Positions 1 to 10,359 are shown, counted from the stretch's first letter. The stretch is 64,000 nt of DNA from Chloroflexota bacterium (GCA_034430475.1 DAOUEA010000009.1:43269-107268), one strand, 5' to 3'. Notes: generated by a model from the letters alone, not told the origin. Numbers and translations: made by a program.

Positions 1-693
1 GTCCGTGCTGCCGTAGGTGATGACGACGTGCCAGGGACAGTCTTTGGGCGTTCTCTCAGGATCCTGGCAGGCCTGGATGCCTAGCTTCCCGTCCGAGTTG
101 ACCTCGACCTGGGCCGTCCTGTGCCGTCCGGCCGCGTCGACGTAGCCGACGGCGACCGTCTGTCCCTTGCGCTCCCCGATCGCCGAGAAGACAGAGCCGT
201 CGTTCAGGAAGCCGAAGCGCTCGCCGTCGATCGATTCGATCGTGATCCCGTCAGAGAGACCGGCTGCGGCGGCGCCGCCTCCGGGCGTGATGTAGACCTC
301 GCTCAGCGCCTCGCTCGGTGCCGCGAGCCAGGCAACCAGGAAGAACAGCAGGAACGCGGTCGCGACGTTCATGGCCACGCCCGCGACCAGGATCAGGACC
401 TGCTTGGGCAGGCCCGCCATCGAAAACGATCGTGGGTCGTCCGAATCGGATTCCTCGCCCTCGAACCGGCAGAAGCCCCCGATCGGCAGGTAGTTCAGGG
501 TGTAGATCGTCTCGCCGTCGTCGTGCAGGATCTTGGCTCGCGGTGGAAACCCCACGGCGAACTCGAGGACCTTGACTCCCGACAGCCGCCCTGCGATGAA
601 GTGCCCCAGCTCATGGACGAGCACGAGCGCGCCCAGAACCAGCACCACGACGGGGATCGCCACCAGCCAGAACAGGAGCCCTTCGATCGTCAC
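1..693 (-). CDS. rseP: RIP zinc metalloprotease RseP (site-2 protease, M50 family); 3' end lies beyond the window start
   Basis: Manual translation of the minus strand from GTG at 693..691: VTIEGLLFWLVAIPVVVLVLGALVLVHELGHFIAGRLSGVKVLEFAVGFPPR... HExxH (HELGH) about 27 aa from the N-terminus and an LPIGG motif. The GTG overlaps the dxr stop (GTGA). The position downstream of dxr-cdsA-uppS is the conserved one. Confidence 0.8.
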   Translation of the reverse strand, partial: MTIEGLLFWLVAIPVVVLVLGALVLVHELGHFIAGRLSGVKVLEFAVGFPPRAKILHDDGETIYTLNYLPIGGFCRFEGEESDSDDPRSFSMAGLPKQVLILVAGVAMNVATAFLLFFLVAWLAAPSEALSEVYITPGGGAAAAGLSDGITIESIDGERFGFLNDGSVFSAIGERKGQTVAVGYVDAAGRHRTAQVEVNSDGKLGIQACQDPERTPKDCPWHVVITYGSTD

Positions 694-1952
694 GAGGCAG
701 CCTCCGCAAACGCTCGAACTTCCGCGTCGAGCCGTGCCAGGTCGTCGATTCCGGGCACGCTCGGCTCACCCGAGCCGAATTCCCGGACCGCCGCTTCAAG
801 AACGCGGGCGATGCCCGGGAAGTTCAACGTCCCTCCCAGGAAGCGCGCCACGGCCACCTCGTCGGCGGATATCAGGGCCGTGCTGGCCCGCGGCCCGGCC
901 AGGCCGGCTTCACGGGCGATGCGCAGGGCCGGGAAGCGCTCCTCGTCCGGGGCGCGGAAGTCCAGCCGGCCGGCGGCCAGCAGGTCCGGCGCCGCGGCCG
1001 GTGAGGGCCGGCGGGCCGGGTAGGTCAGCGCGTACTGGATGGGAAGTCGCATGTCGGGGGTCCCGAGCTGGGCTTTGACCGAGCCGTCCACGAACTCCAC
1101 CGCGGAGTGGACGACGCTCTGAGGGTGGATGACGACCGAGATGGCCGACAGGGGGACATCGTACAGCCAGCGAGCCTCGACGATCTCCAGGCCCTTGTTG
1201 GCCAGGGTGGCGGAGTCGATCGTGATCTTGGCGCCCATGTTCCACGTCGGGTGGCGAAGCGCCTGCTGGGGGGTGACGGTCGCAAGGTCCGAGACGCCCG
1301 TATCCAGGAAGGGACCGCCCGAGGCGGTCAGCAGCAGCCGGGCTATCCCGCCGCGGTCTTCCCCGGCCAGGCACTGCCAGATGGCGGAATGCTCCGAATC
1401 GATGGGCCGGAGCCAGGCCAGGGGGCTGCTCAACGACCCACCGCGAGCTGCCTCGCGTTCGGCCAGGTCGCGCGCCAGGGGCATCACCAGGTGCCCGCCG
1501 GCGACGAGCGTCTCCTTGTTGGCCGTGGCCACGACCTTGCCCGCCTTCAACGCCGCGAGCACGGACCGCAGGGCAACCAGCCCGCCCGTAGCCACCAGAA
1601 CCAGGTCCACGTCGTCGCGCGAGGCGATCTCCTCCAGGGCATCGGGCCCGGACAGCCGGGCGACGCCGGACGGCAGGTCGAGCCGGCCGCAGGCCTCCTC
1701 GTCGGCAAGCGAGACAACCGCCGGCCGAAGCGTTCGGGCCTGCTCCTCGAGCAGCTCTGCCCGCCTCCCAGTGGACAGGGCCGTGACCCGGAAAGCGTCG
1801 GGCATCCGTTCCAGGACCTCGACCGCCTGGCGACCGATTGAACCGCCGCTGCCCAGGATGGCCACCCGAACCGGAGCCCTCCCCTTACCCGCCGGGGCGG
1901 GACGGTCAGCGGATGAACGCGGCGACATAGAGCGCAGCCACTGGCGCGGCAA
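690..1952 (-). CDS. dxr: 1-deoxy-D-xylulose 5-phosphate reductoisomerase
   Basis: The 420-aa ORF translation has the Dxr hallmarks (VAILGSGGSIG NADPH-binding motif, ANKE, HPQS). The start is uncertain; it may be the internal Met at about 1928. Confidence 0.9.
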   Translation of the reverse strand: MPRQWLRSMSPRSSADRPAPAGKGRAPVRVAILGSGGSIGRQAVEVLERMPDAFRVTALSTGRRAELLEEQARTLRPAVVSLADEEACGRLDLPSGVARLSGPDALEEIASRDDVDLVLVATGGLVALRSVLAALKAGKVVATANKETLVAGGHLVMPLARDLAEREAARGGSLSSPLAWLRPIDSEHSAIWQCLAGEDRGGIARLLLTASGGPFLDTGVSDLATVTPQQALRHPTWNMGAKITIDSATLANKGLEIVEARWLYDVPLSAISVVIHPQSVVHSAVEFVDGSVKAQLGTPDMRLPIQYALTYPARRPSPAAAPDLLAAGRLDFRAPDEERFPALRIAREAGLAGPRASTALISADEVAVARFLGGTLNFPGIARVLEAAVREFGSGEPSVPGIDDLARLDAEVRAFAEAAS

Positions 1953-2733
1953 AGAGGAACGAGTCCACGCGGTCGAGTATGCCGCCGTGGCCGGGAATCA
2001 GGCCGCCCGAGTCCTTCATGCCGGCGGCCCGCTTGAGCATCGACTCGGCCAGGTCGCCGGCCTGGGCCACCAGCCCGACCACCGGGCCAAGTGCCAGCCC
2101 CAGGACGGGCGGCTGGCCCAGGGCCCACAAGCCTGCCACGGCCACCGCGGTGCAGGCGACCAGCCCGCCGACAAGCCCCCAGTAGCTCTTCGACGGCGAG
2201 ATGTGGGACAGGAACTTGCGCTTGCCCAGGGCGATCCCGACCAGGTAGGCCCCGGTGTCGTAGCTCCAGACCAGGAGGATGAGCAGCAGCACCCAGCCTC
2301 GCTCGGGGCCGAGCTGCTCGGCGGCTGACCCGGCCGGCACCGCCGGCGCCACCTGCTCGAGCCGCACCAGGGCCCCCAGCATGCCGGCGTACAAGGCCCC
2401 GAAGGCGGTCCCCATCCAGGCCGCCAGGCCCACCTTCGTGTCCGCGTGGCGGAAGGCCGCGGCCCCGGTCGCCACAAGCACGGCGGCGATCGCCAGGTCC
2501 CCGTAGCCGCTCAGCCAGGCCGGCGAAGCCACTGCCAGGGCCACTGCCAGGGCGGCCGGCACGATGAACCAGCTCGGCGCGGCATAGCCGGCCGCTCGCA
2601 ACAGCCGCCCCGCCTCCCAGGCCCCAACCGCCACGAAGGCCGCGATCAGCGCGCCGAACCAGGGCTCGCCCAGGGCCAGGACGAGGAGCAGCGGCGGCAC
2701 GAAGATGAGGGCGCTGGTGACTCGCCTGCGCAT
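1906..2733 (-). CDS. cdsA: phosphatidate cytidylyltransferase
   Basis: 275-aa polytopic membrane protein with a CdsA-like C-terminus (GGILDRVDS). It sits in the conserved uppS-cdsA-dxr order. Confidence 0.85.
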   Translation of the reverse strand: MRRRVTSALIFVPPLLLVLALGEPWFGALIAAFVAVGAWEAGRLLRAAGYAAPSWFIVPAALAVALAVASPAWLSGYGDLAIAAVLVATGAAAFRHADTKVGLAAWMGTAFGALYAGMLGALVRLEQVAPAVPAGSAAEQLGPERGWVLLLILLVWSYDTGAYLVGIALGKRKFLSHISPSKSYWGLVGGLVACTAVAVAGLWALGQPPVLGLALGPVVGLVAQAGDLAESMLKRAAGMKDSGGLIPGHGGILDRVDSFLFAAPVAALYVAAFIR

Positions 2734-2744
2734 CGCCCCCTCCC

Positions 2745-3524
2745 CTAGCGGCCGAACCGGCGCTGCCGGCTGGCGTATTCCTCGAGCGCCGCGTCCAGGT
2801 TGTCCGGCCCAAAATCCGGCCAGAGCGTGGCCGTGACGTATATCTCGGCGTAGGCCGCCTGCCAGATCAGGAAATTGGAGAGGCGGTGGTCGCCTCCGGT
2901 CCGGATCACCATATCCGGGTCGGGCAGGCCCGCGGTGTAGAGCGCCCCGGCCAGGGCGGCCTCGTCTATCTCCTCGGGCCGCTTGCCCGACGCCACCAGC
3001 TGCCTGGCCGCGTCCACCAGCTCGGTGCGCCCGGAGTAGTTGAAGGCGATGTTGAGCTGCAGGCGCTCGCCGCCGGCCGTCTCATCGAGGGCCTGGCGGA
3101 TGGACTCCTGAGCTGAGACGGGCAGCTCGTCCAGCCGGCCGAGCAGCCGGACTCGCGCGCCCTCGGCTTTGAGCTCGGGCGTCTCGTTGCGGATGACCTT
3201 CTCCAGCAGCATGAAGAGCCCGGCCACTTCCTCGTCGGAGCGGGCCCAGTTCTCACGGCTGAAGGCGTACAGCGACAGCACGGGGACCTCGCGCCGCACC
3301 GCGTGGCGGATGATCTCGCGGATTCCCTCCACGCCCGCGGCGTGGCCCTCCATCTCACTGACGCCGTGGGCCCGGGCCCAGCGGCGGTTGCCGTCCATGA
3401 TGATGGCGACGTGCACCGGCAGCTCGGGCGCCGCGGGCTCACCTTCGGCCGAGTCCGCCCCGGCCGCGCGCTCCTCGTGGACCAGCGGCGGGGTGTCCTT
3501 CGGCCGGTGGATCGGAAGAGGCAC
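2745..3524 (-). CDS. uppS: isoprenyl transferase / undecaprenyl-diphosphate synthase
   Basis: Translation HVAIIMDGNRRWA...LSLYAFSRENW...RTGGDHRLSNFLIWQAAYAE is typical of UppS. The start is GTG and overlaps the frr stop by 1 nt. Confidence 0.9.
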   Translation of the reverse strand: MPLPIHRPKDTPPLVHEERAAGADSAEGEPAAPELPVHVAIIMDGNRRWARAHGVSEMEGHAAGVEGIREIIRHAVRREVPVLSLYAFSRENWARSDEEVAGLFMLLEKVIRNETPELKAEGARVRLLGRLDELPVSAQESIRQALDETAGGERLQLNIAFNYSGRTELVDAARQLVASGKRPEEIDEAALAGALYTAGLPDPDMVIRTGGDHRLSNFLIWQAAYAEIYVTATLWPDFGPDNLDAALEEYASRQRRFGR

Positions 3525-4081
3525 TAGACCTCCATGATCTCCTGCTCTTTGGCCGAGCCGACGCGGTCAACGTCCGCGATGTGGGCGTCGGTCACCCGCT
3601 GCAGGTTCTCCAGCTCGCGGTGGCCCTCATCGGCCCCGATATCGCCGTCGTGCTCCTCGTGCTTGATCTCCTCAGCAGCCTCGCGCCGCAGGTTGCGGAT
3701 CTCGACCCGGGCCTCTTCCATGCGCCGGTGCACCTGCTTGACGAGGTCCTTGCGACGCTCCTCCGTGAGCGGCGGGATGTTGAGCCGGATCACCACGCCA
3801 TCCACGTTGGGCACCAGCCCGATGTCGCTCTTGATGATCGCCTTCTCGATCGCCTGGACGGCGCTGCGATCCCAGGGCTGGATGAGGATCTGGTGGGACT
3901 CAGGGACGTTGATGCCGGCCAGCTGGTTCAGGGCTGTCGGGGTGCCGTAGTAGTCGACCATGACTCGCTCAACGATCGAGGTCGAAGCACGGCCGGTACG
4001 GATGCCCTGCAGGTCGCGCTCAAGCACCTCCACGGCGCGGACCATCTTGTGCTCGGCGGCGGTCAGCGTCTCACTGCTCAT
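3524..4081 (-). CDS. frr: ribosome recycling factor
   Basis: Frr-like translation ([14 protein letters not shown]...[16 protein letters not shown]). I chose ATG 4081..4079, which has a GGAGGG Shine-Dalgarno 7 nt upstream; the track ORF extends further to a GTG at 4096. Confidence 0.88.
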   Translation of the reverse strand: MSSETLTAAEHKMVRAVEVLERDLQGIRTGRASTSIVERVMVDYYGTPTALNQLAGINVPESHQILIQPWDRSAVQAIEKAIIKSDIGLVPNVDGVVIRLNIPPLTEERRKDLVKQVHRRMEEARVEIRNLRREAAEEIKHEEHDGDIGADEGHRELENLQRVTDAHIADVDRVGSAKEQEIMEV

Positions 4082-4850
4082 GCGGGATCCCTCCACTGAT
4101 CAGGGTGCCCACCGAGTCGCCGGTGGCCACTCTGGTGATGTTGTCCGGCTTGTTCAGGTCGAAGACGATGATCGGAGTGTCGTTCTCCATGCACAGCGAC
4201 ACGGCCGTGGAGTCCAGGACTCGCAGCCGCTGAGCGAGGACCTCCGCGTAGGTCAGATGCTCGTACCTCCGCGCCTTCGGGTTGGCGACCGGGTCGGAGT
4301 CGTAGACTCCGTCGACCTTGGTCGCCTTCATTATGACCTCGGCGCCTATCTCCACGGCCCGCAGGGCGGCGGCCGTGTCCGTGGTGAAGTACGGGTTGCC
4401 GGTCCCGGCAGCCAGGATGACGACCCGGCCCTTCTCCAGGTGGCGGATGGCCCGGCGCCTGATGTACGGCTCGGCCACTTCGTTCATGGCGATTGCGCTC
4501 ATGACCCGCGTCGGCACGCCGGCCCGCTCGATTGCGTCCTGGAGAGCCAGCCCGTTCATGACCGTGGCCAGCATCCCCATGTAGTCGCCGGTGGCCCGGT
4601 CCATGCCCCGGGCGGCGGCAGCCAGCCCGCGGAAGATGTTCCCGCCGCCCACGACGATGCCTACCTGCACGCCACGCGTGTGAACCTCGGCGATCTGAGC
4701 GGCGATGAAGGCGCAGAAGTCCGGGTCCACGCCGTACTGGCGTGTGCCGAGCAGGGCCTCGCCGGACAGCTTCAGCAGAATGCGCCGGTAGCGCGGGGAC
4801 GCGCTCTCGTCGGATCCCATGGACACCGCGACTGCCTGGCCCTTCTTCAC
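4071..4850 (-). CDS. pyrH: UMP kinase
   Basis: [11 protein letters not shown]...GGGNIFRG...[16 protein letters not shown] motifs. The start could instead be the Met at 4820. Confidence 0.9.
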   Translation of the reverse strand: MKKGQAVAVSMGSDESASPRYRRILLKLSGEALLGTRQYGVDPDFCAFIAAQIAEVHTRGVQVGIVVGGGNIFRGLAAAARGMDRATGDYMGMLATVMNGLALQDAIERAGVPTRVMSAIAMNEVAEPYIRRRAIRHLEKGRVVILAAGTGNPYFTTDTAAALRAVEIGAEVIMKATKVDGVYDSDPVANPKARRYEHLTYAEVLAQRLRVLDSTAVSLCMENDTPIIVFDLNKPDNITRVATGDSVGTLISGGIPHEQ

Positions 4851-5458
4851 ATCTCCTCCCCGAGCTCCTCTCCAAGCTCAAACCGCGCGAAGCGACGGAC
4901 CCTGATGTTCTCACCTGTCCTGGCGATCGCCTCGGTGATCAGCTGGCCGACCGTGATCTCCTGGTCTCGAAAGGGCTGCTCCAGCAGCACGACCTCGCCG
5001 TACCACTTCTTGAGCTGGCCATCGACGATCTGCCCCTGGATCGCCTCCGGCTTGCCTTCCAGGGCCGGGGACTCCAGCAGCTCGGCCCGCTTGGCCTCCA
5101 GGTCGGCAGGCGGGATCGAGTCCACCGTCGTGTACAGCGGATGCAGGCCGGCAACCTGCATCGCCAGGTCCCGGACGAGCTTCTGGAACTCGTCGGTGCG
5201 GGCCACGAAATCCGTCTCGCAGTTGACCTCGATCAGGACCCCGATCTTGCCGCCGGTGTGGATGTAGCTGGCGATCTGGCCGTCGTTGGCCTCACGGCCG
5301 GCCCGCTTGGCGGCAGTCGCCTGGCCGCGCTCCTTGAGCAGGCTCGCCGCCTTCTCGACGTCGCCGTCCGCCTCTTCGAGAGCGCGCTTGCAGTCCATTA
5401 TCCCTGCGCCGCTGAGCTCGCGAAGGGCCTTGACGGTCTCCGCAGTGATCGTTGCCAT
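4847..5458 (-). CDS. tsf: translation elongation factor Ts
   Basis: N-terminus [27 protein letters not shown] is the canonical EF-Ts UBA-like start. ATG at 5458 has AGGAGA upstream; the longer track ORF is upstream read-through. Confidence 0.9.
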   Translation of the reverse strand: MATITAETVKALRELSGAGIMDCKRALEEADGDVEKAASLLKERGQATAAKRAGREANDGQIASYIHTGGKIGVLIEVNCETDFVARTDEFQKLVRDLAMQVAGLHPLYTTVDSIPPADLEAKRAELLESPALEGKPEAIQGQIVDGQLKKWYGEVVLLEQPFRDQEITVGQLITEAIARTGENIRVRRFARFELGEELGEEM

Positions 5459-5541
5459 CTTGTAGTCGCATCTCCTGTCGTTGGCGTTGGCCCCTGCGGC
5501 AGTGCCGTCCGGCACGCCGCCAGGTTGGTGGGTGCGTCCTG

Positions 5542-6486
5542 TCAGTGGGAGCGCCGCGGCCCTTCGTCGCGCCGCGGCTCTTCGTCGCGCTGCGAGTCTT
5601 CGTCCGGGTCGCGCGGGTGCACGGGCGCCGCCTTCTCCGGCGCAGAAGCACCGGGCAGCAGCTCCTCCTCGTCGTCGGCGTCGGGCTCGAAAGTGAGCGC
5701 CGCACCGCCGGCCAGGGCCGCCACCAGCTCTTCCGACGGGGCCTCCTCCAGCTCCGGCTCGGCCGGCGTCTCCGGCACCTCCGCCTCGGGACCGCGAGCG
5801 CTGCGCTCACGCTGGCCCTCGATGCAGGCATCGGCCACAACCTGGCACAGCAGGCGGATGGCACGAATGGCGTCGTCGTTGGCGGGGATGATGTAGTCCA
5901 GCTCGTCCGGGTCGACGTTGGTGTCGCCGGTGCCGATGATCGGGATCTCGAGCTTGCAGGCCTCCGTCACCGCGATCCGCTCGCGGTGCGGGTCGATGAC
6001 GAAGACCAGGCCGGGCAGGCGCTTCATCTTGCGGATGCCGCCGAACGAGCCGCGCAGCCGCTCCATCTCCTCGACGAGCTTGGCGACTTCCTTCTTGGTC
6101 AGTCGCTCGAAGTCGCCGCTGGCCTCCCGGGCTTCGAGCTGGTCGAGCAGGGTTATGCGCTTCTTGATGGTGATGAAGTTGGTGAGCATGCCACCCAGCC
6201 AGCGGCGGTTGACGTACGGCTGGCCGGCTCTGGTGGCTTCCTCGGCGATCGGCTCCTGGGCCTGCTTCTTGGTGCCGATGAAGAGCACCGTCTCGCCCCG
6301 GGCGACGGCCTCGCGGACGGCGTCGAGCGCCGCGTCGAGCCGCGAGACGGTCTGGGCGAGGTCGATGATGTGGATCCCGTTGCGCTCCGCGAAGATGTAG
6401 GGGCGCATCTTGGGATTCCAGCGACGGGTCTGGTGGCCGAAATGGACACCGGCCTCCAGCAGCTGTCGCATCGAAACGGACGGCAT
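5542..6486 (-). CDS. rpsB: 30S ribosomal protein S2, with an acidic C-terminal extension
   Basis: [27 protein letters not shown]... ATG 6486..6484 has AGGAGG 8 nt upstream. The C-terminus carries an approximately 70-aa E/D/P-rich tail. Confidence 0.9.
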   Translation of the reverse strand: MPSVSMRQLLEAGVHFGHQTRRWNPKMRPYIFAERNGIHIIDLAQTVSRLDAALDAVREAVARGETVLFIGTKKQAQEPIAEEATRAGQPYVNRRWLGGMLTNFITIKKRITLLDQLEAREASGDFERLTKKEVAKLVEEMERLRGSFGGIRKMKRLPGLVFVIDPHRERIAVTEACKLEIPIIGTGDTNVDPDELDYIIPANDDAIRAIRLLCQVVADACIEGQRERSARGPEAEVPETPAEPELEEAPSEELVAALAGGAALTFEPDADDEEELLPGASAPEKAAPVHPRDPDEDSQRDEEPRRDEGPRRSH

Positions 6487-6700
6487 GAACGAACCTCCTG
6501 CGGTTGCTCCTCCGCAGCGCTCCTGCCGGGAACCGGTCCGCACTCGCGACCCGGCACCGCCCCGGCACGGCTACCCTGCGTGTGATCTCCGCCGGACCCG
6601 CCCCGCGGGCCAGCAGGTGTCGTGGCGGTGCCACGACCGGCGCGGAGTGTAGCACAGAGCCGCCCTCCCTCCACGTGGGCCGTCCTCGCGGCCCCGGCCC

Positions 6701-7102
6701 TCAGCGCGCCAGAGCGTCGCGATAGAGCGTCACTCGCGGCCGTCCGCCCTCGCCTGGCTCGACGACCGCCAGGTCCAACGAGATCGGCAGACGGGGCAGC
6801 GCCGAGCCGTCGGGCAAACATCCTGCCTCGAGCAGGCGCCCCAGCCCGCGTAGGACGTGCTCGCGCTTGCGGCGGCCGAAGCTCTCCTCCGCCCCTCCGA
6901 AGGCCCGTGATCGCCGCCACCGCACCTCCACCACCACGAGTCGGGCGGGCGGGCCCGGATCGACGGCCAGCACGTCCAGCTCGCTACGCCCAGCGTGGAG
7001 GTTCCGTCCCAGGATCCGCCAGCCTCTGGCCTCAAGCCGGGCCGCCACCAGCGATTCCGCCGCGTCGCCGGCGCGCTGACCCCTCGTTCGCCCCCCAGTC
7101 AT
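6701..7102 (-). CDS. yraN: YraN/UPF0102 family endonuclease
   Basis: 133-aa translation with GE..A...L...G..IL.RN......GE.D conservation. Position downstream of rnhB is the usual one. Confidence 0.7.
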   Translation of the reverse strand: MTGGRTRGQRAGDAAESLVAARLEARGWRILGRNLHAGRSELDVLAVDPGPPARLVVVEVRWRRSRAFGGAEESFGRRKREHVLRGLGRLLEAGCLPDGSALPRLPISLDLAVVEPGEGGRPRVTLYRDALAR

Positions 7103-7126
7103 GGCCGTCTCCCGCGGTCGGGCCAG

Positions 7127-7936
7127 CTAGTCGACCCCTTCCGGTTCCAGCTTGTCATCCTCGACCGCCGGCCCATCGTCCCACAGGGCCATTTGCTGCC
7201 GATTGCGGCACGAGGCGAAGGTGACTCTGTGGATGGGGCTTAGACCCAAGTCGTCCAGCCCGGCCCGGTGCTCCGGCGCCGCGTAGCCCTTGTTACCGGC
7301 CAGCCCGTAGCCCGGATAGCGCGCGTCCAGCGCCTCCATCAGCGAGTCGCGTGCCACCTTGGCTACGACCGAGGCCGCGGCCACCGAGACGCACAACCGA
7401 TCGGCCGAGACCAGCACGCGCTGGTGGACGCGCACCTCCGGCAGCGCCAGCGCGTCCAGCAGCAATGCGTCCGGCCTGATGGGCAGCCTCGCCGCCGCCA
7501 GCGTGCTGGCGAGCAGCGTGGCCTGGAGGATGTTGATGCGGTCGATCAGCTCGGGGCCCACGAAGGCCAGCGACCAGGCCAGCGCCCGGGCGCGAATCTC
7601 GCGGTCGAGACGGCGTCGCTCCTCCGGCTTGAGCATCTTGGAGTCGCGCAGGCCGTCCGGCTTCCAGTTGGGCGGCAGGATCACGGCCGCGGCGGCCACC
7701 GGGCCGGCCAGACAGCCCCGGCCCACCTCGTCGATGCCGGCGACGTGGCGGTAGCCGCGGCCCCACAGCACTCGTTCCTCGGCGAAATCGGGGTCGAGGC
7801 GCTGGCTGTGCCAGGCGGCGACCTCGAACCGGCCCTCGGGCGATCCGGGCCCGAATACTGTCGGACCCCGGCGTGTCGCTGAGGGCGACCGTTCGGGGTC
7901 CTCGTTCTGCCGGCTGGAGCGACGGGCAGCCGCCAC
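7127..7936 (-). CDS. rnhB: ribonuclease HII (long, Firmicutes-type N-terminal extension)
   Basis: RGYRHVAGIDEVGRGCLAGPV...DSK.L catalytic core. The roughly 60-aa N-terminal extension resembles the long Bacillus-type RnhB. The exact start is uncertain. Confidence 0.85.
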   Translation of the reverse strand: MAAARRSSRQNEDPERSPSATRRGPTVFGPGSPEGRFEVAAWHSQRLDPDFAEERVLWGRGYRHVAGIDEVGRGCLAGPVAAAAVILPPNWKPDGLRDSKMLKPEERRRLDREIRARALAWSLAFVGPELIDRINILQATLLASTLAAARLPIRPDALLLDALALPEVRVHQRVLVSADRLCVSVAAASVVAKVARDSLMEALDARYPGYGLAGNKGYAAPEHRAGLDDLGLSPIHRVTFASCRNRQQMALWDDGPAVEDDKLEPEGVD

Positions 7937-7950
7937 GTGGCTCCCGGGTG

Positions 7951-8307
7951 CTACTGGGTGTTGCCCACGCGGCGCTCGCGCAGCGTGGCCGACTTGCCGA
8001 CGCGCTTGCGCAGGAAGTACAGGCGGGCGCGCCGGGCCTGACCGTGGCGCACGACTTCGATCTTGTCTATGCGGGGGCTGTTGACCTTGAAGGTTCGCTC
8101 CACGCCCACGCCGCTGGCGATGCGGCGAACGGTGATCGAGCGCTGGATCCCGCCGCTGCGCATGCGCATGATGGTCCCCTCGAAGACCTGCACTCGCTCG
8201 CGGCTGCCCTCGACGACGCGCGCGCTAACGCGCACGGTGTCGCCCGGGCTGAGCTCCGGGATGTCCGTCCGGATCTGGTCCTGGGTGATCTCGTCGAGCA
8301 CGTTCAC
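7951..8307 (-). CDS. rplS: 50S ribosomal protein L19
   Basis: VNVLDEITQDQIRTDIPELSPGDTVRV... L19 N-terminus. I chose GTG at 8307..8305 (118 aa); the track ORF extends upstream into non-homologous sequence. Confidence 0.85.
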   Translation of the reverse strand: MNVLDEITQDQIRTDIPELSPGDTVRVSARVVEGSRERVQVFEGTIMRMRSGGIQRSITVRRIASGVGVERTFKVNSPRIDKIEVVRHGQARRARLYFLRKRVGKSATLRERRVGNTQ

Positions 8308-8425
8308 GTCGTTCCCTGCTGTCTGGTGAAGCGGCACGGGCCGCGGGTTGGGCGCATCTGGCGGGCCGCCACGGCAGCCGACGGCGAAGGATAGCACAAC
8401 CGCGCCCTTGCGCTGAGACGGAGGC

Positions 8426-9229
8426 CTACTTCCGGCCGGCCTCGTCGTCCCCGCGCACCTCGTCCAGCAGCCCGGCCTCCTCCCCGGTCAAGGCGCGCCC
8501 CTCCAGCAGATCCGGCCGGCGAGCCAGCGTTCGGCGCAGGGACTCCTTCAGCCGCCACCTGCGCACCTGCTCGTGATGACCGCTCGTCAGCACCGCCGGG
8601 ACCGTCATGCCCCTGAACTCCGCCGGCCTGGTGTATTGCGGATACTCCAGCAGGCCCGTGGCAAACGACTCCTCGGCTGTGGATTCGGCGTCAATCGCGC
8701 CCGGCAGCAGCCGCAGCACCGCGTCGATGACGACCAGGGCCGGGATCTCTCCCCCGGACAGCACGTAGTCGCCGATCGACACTTCCGCGTCCACCATCGA
8801 CCGGATCCGCTCATCAACGCCCTCGTAGCGCGGGCAGAGCAGGATGAGGTGGCTTCGTTCCGCCAGGTCGTGGGCCCGCTCCTGGCTGAAGACTTCGCCC
8901 CCCGGATCGAGCAGGACCACCGTGCTTTCGGGTCGCCGTAACTCGTCCAGCGCCGCGGCCACCGGCTCGGGCCGCAGGACCATCCCCGCTCCCCCGCCGT
9001 AGGTGTAGTCGTCTACCGACTTGTGCCGGCCCAAACCCCAGCGGCGCAGGTCCACGATACGGACCGCGGCCAGGCCGCGGTCCTGGGCACGGCCGGGGAT
9101 GCTCTCCGCCAGCGGTGCCTCCAGCATAGCCGGGAAGAGAGTCAGCACGTCTATCTCGAGCAGTGTCGAGCCAGCGGCCGCCTCCGGCTGCCTGCCTTCC
9201 GCCTCGCTTCCGCCCGACCGCGCGCTCAC
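8426..9229 (-). CDS. trmD: tRNA (guanine37-N1)-methyltransferase
   Basis: IDVLTLFPAM...YTYGGGAGMVL...IPALVVIDAV are TrmD motifs. The ATG overlaps the rimM stop (ATGA). Confidence 0.9.
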   Translation of the reverse strand: MSARSGGSEAEGRQPEAAAGSTLLEIDVLTLFPAMLEAPLAESIPGRAQDRGLAAVRIVDLRRWGLGRHKSVDDYTYGGGAGMVLRPEPVAAALDELRRPESTVVLLDPGGEVFSQERAHDLAERSHLILLCPRYEGVDERIRSMVDAEVSIGDYVLSGGEIPALVVIDAVLRLLPGAIDAESTAEESFATGLLEYPQYTRPAEFRGMTVPAVLTSGHHEQVRRWRLKESLRRTLARRPDLLEGRALTGEEAGLLDEVRGDDEAGRK

Positions 9230-9780
9230 GTGCCTTGCTCCGTCTCCTTCGGGCCCTCTCCTCGCAGCCCCAGGGTCTCACCATCGACGACGATCCGGCC
9301 CTCGCCCGGCTCGAAGACCGGGACTATCGCCCGAACCAACGGCACGTCGATCTCGCCCGCCGTTCCCGAGACTAGGAGGACCTCGGCTCCACCGGCGCGG
9401 TAGACGTCCTTGACCGTCCCCAGGGCGGCACCATCCGTGTCGGCTACGGCGGCCCCGATGACCTGGTGCCAGTAGAACTCGCCCTCGGCCAACGCGCCGC
9501 CGGGCTCGATGGCCGCCTCCAGATAAGCGTCACGCAGTGTCTCGGCTGCCGTCCTGTCGGGCAGCTCGACAAAGCGGATTCGCCATCCTCTGCCGTCCGG
9601 CGCGGACTCCTCCACAGTCAGAGGCACGTCGCCTCCTTCCGCGTACAGCGTCGCGCCGGGCGCGAAGCGTTCCGGCGCCCTGTCGGTCAACGGCTCGATC
9701 CGGAGCGTGCCGCGCAGCCCGTGGAAGCCCCGGACCCGGGCCACGACGAGCCGCTCGGCGCTCGCGCCCCCATCCTCCAT
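9226..9780 (-). CDS. rimM: 16S rRNA processing protein RimM
   Basis: RVRGFHGLRGTLRIEPLTD... with a PRC-barrel C-terminus. Sits in the conserved rimM-trmD order. Confidence 0.85.
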   Translation of the reverse strand: MEDGGASAERLVVARVRGFHGLRGTLRIEPLTDRAPERFAPGATLYAEGGDVPLTVEESAPDGRGWRIRFVELPDRTAAETLRDAYLEAAIEPGGALAEGEFYWHQVIGAAVADTDGAALGTVKDVYRAGGAEVLLVSGTAGEIDVPLVRAIVPVFEPGEGRIVVDGETLGLRGEGPKETEQGT

Positions 9781-9788
9781 CGGACCGC

Positions 9789-10022
9789 TCAGCTGATCTC
9801 CAGCGAGACGCTTTCACCCTCGCGGGCAGACATCACCTTGAGCAGGGTCCGCAGGGCCTTGGCGACGCTGCCGTTGCGGCCGATGACCTTGCCCATGTCG
9901 TCTTCGGCCACGTGAAGCTCGATGACAGTGCCGCCGGGCCCGGAGTGGACCTCGACCTGCACCGCGTCGGGGTCGTCCACCAGGTTGCGGGCGACGTACT
10001 CGACCAGTTCCTGGGCTGACAT
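9789..10022 (-). CDS. KH-domain RNA-binding protein (UPF0109 / YlqC-like)
   Basis: 77 aa with the GKVIGRNG KH motif. The position between rpsP and rimM is conserved. Confidence 0.8.
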   Translation of the reverse strand: MSAQELVEYVARNLVDDPDAVQVEVHSGPGGTVIELHVAEDDMGKVIGRNGSVAKALRTLLKVMSAREGESVSLEIS

Positions 10023-10048
10023 TGCCTACCTCTCGATGTCGGATCGAA

Positions 10049-10318
10049 CTACCTAGTGGCCTTTGAAGCAGCCTTGGGGATCACGCCGGCGCCCCGCAGG
10101 AGGCGGGCGACGGTGTCGGACGGCTGGGCCCCCTTAGCCAGCCAGCTCTTCGTCTTCTCGGCGTCGACCACGAACTCGACAGGGTCGGTTCGCGGGTTGT
10201 AGTGGCCGAGGGTTTCGATGGCGCGGCTGTCCCGGGGACTGCGGCCGTCGGTGACAACGACACGGTAGGCGGGCTGCTTGGTGGCCCCGACGCGAGTGAG
10301 CCTGATTCGAACTGCCAT
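10049..10318 (-). CDS. rpsP: 30S ribosomal protein S16
   Basis: MAVRIRLTRVGATKQPAYRVVV... ATG 10318..10316 has GGAGGAG upstream. Confidence 0.9.
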   Translation of the reverse strand: MAVRIRLTRVGATKQPAYRVVVTDGRSPRDSRAIETLGHYNPRTDPVEFVVDAEKTKSWLAKGAQPSDTVARLLRGAGVIPKAASKATR

Positions 10319-10359
10319 GTGCGGGTGCGCTCCTCCAGTGTTGGCTGGTCGATCCCGGC

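Noticed and set aside
121-1023. Long plus-strand ORFs antisense to dxr/rseP, and similar ones at 1107-2328, 5452-6585, 11491-13050, 24760-26691, 54154-55788 and others
   Set aside because: Arg/Ala/Pro/Gly-rich translations with no motifs, lying opposite well-supported genes. They are the typical stop-codon-poor antisense frames of a ~70% GC genome.
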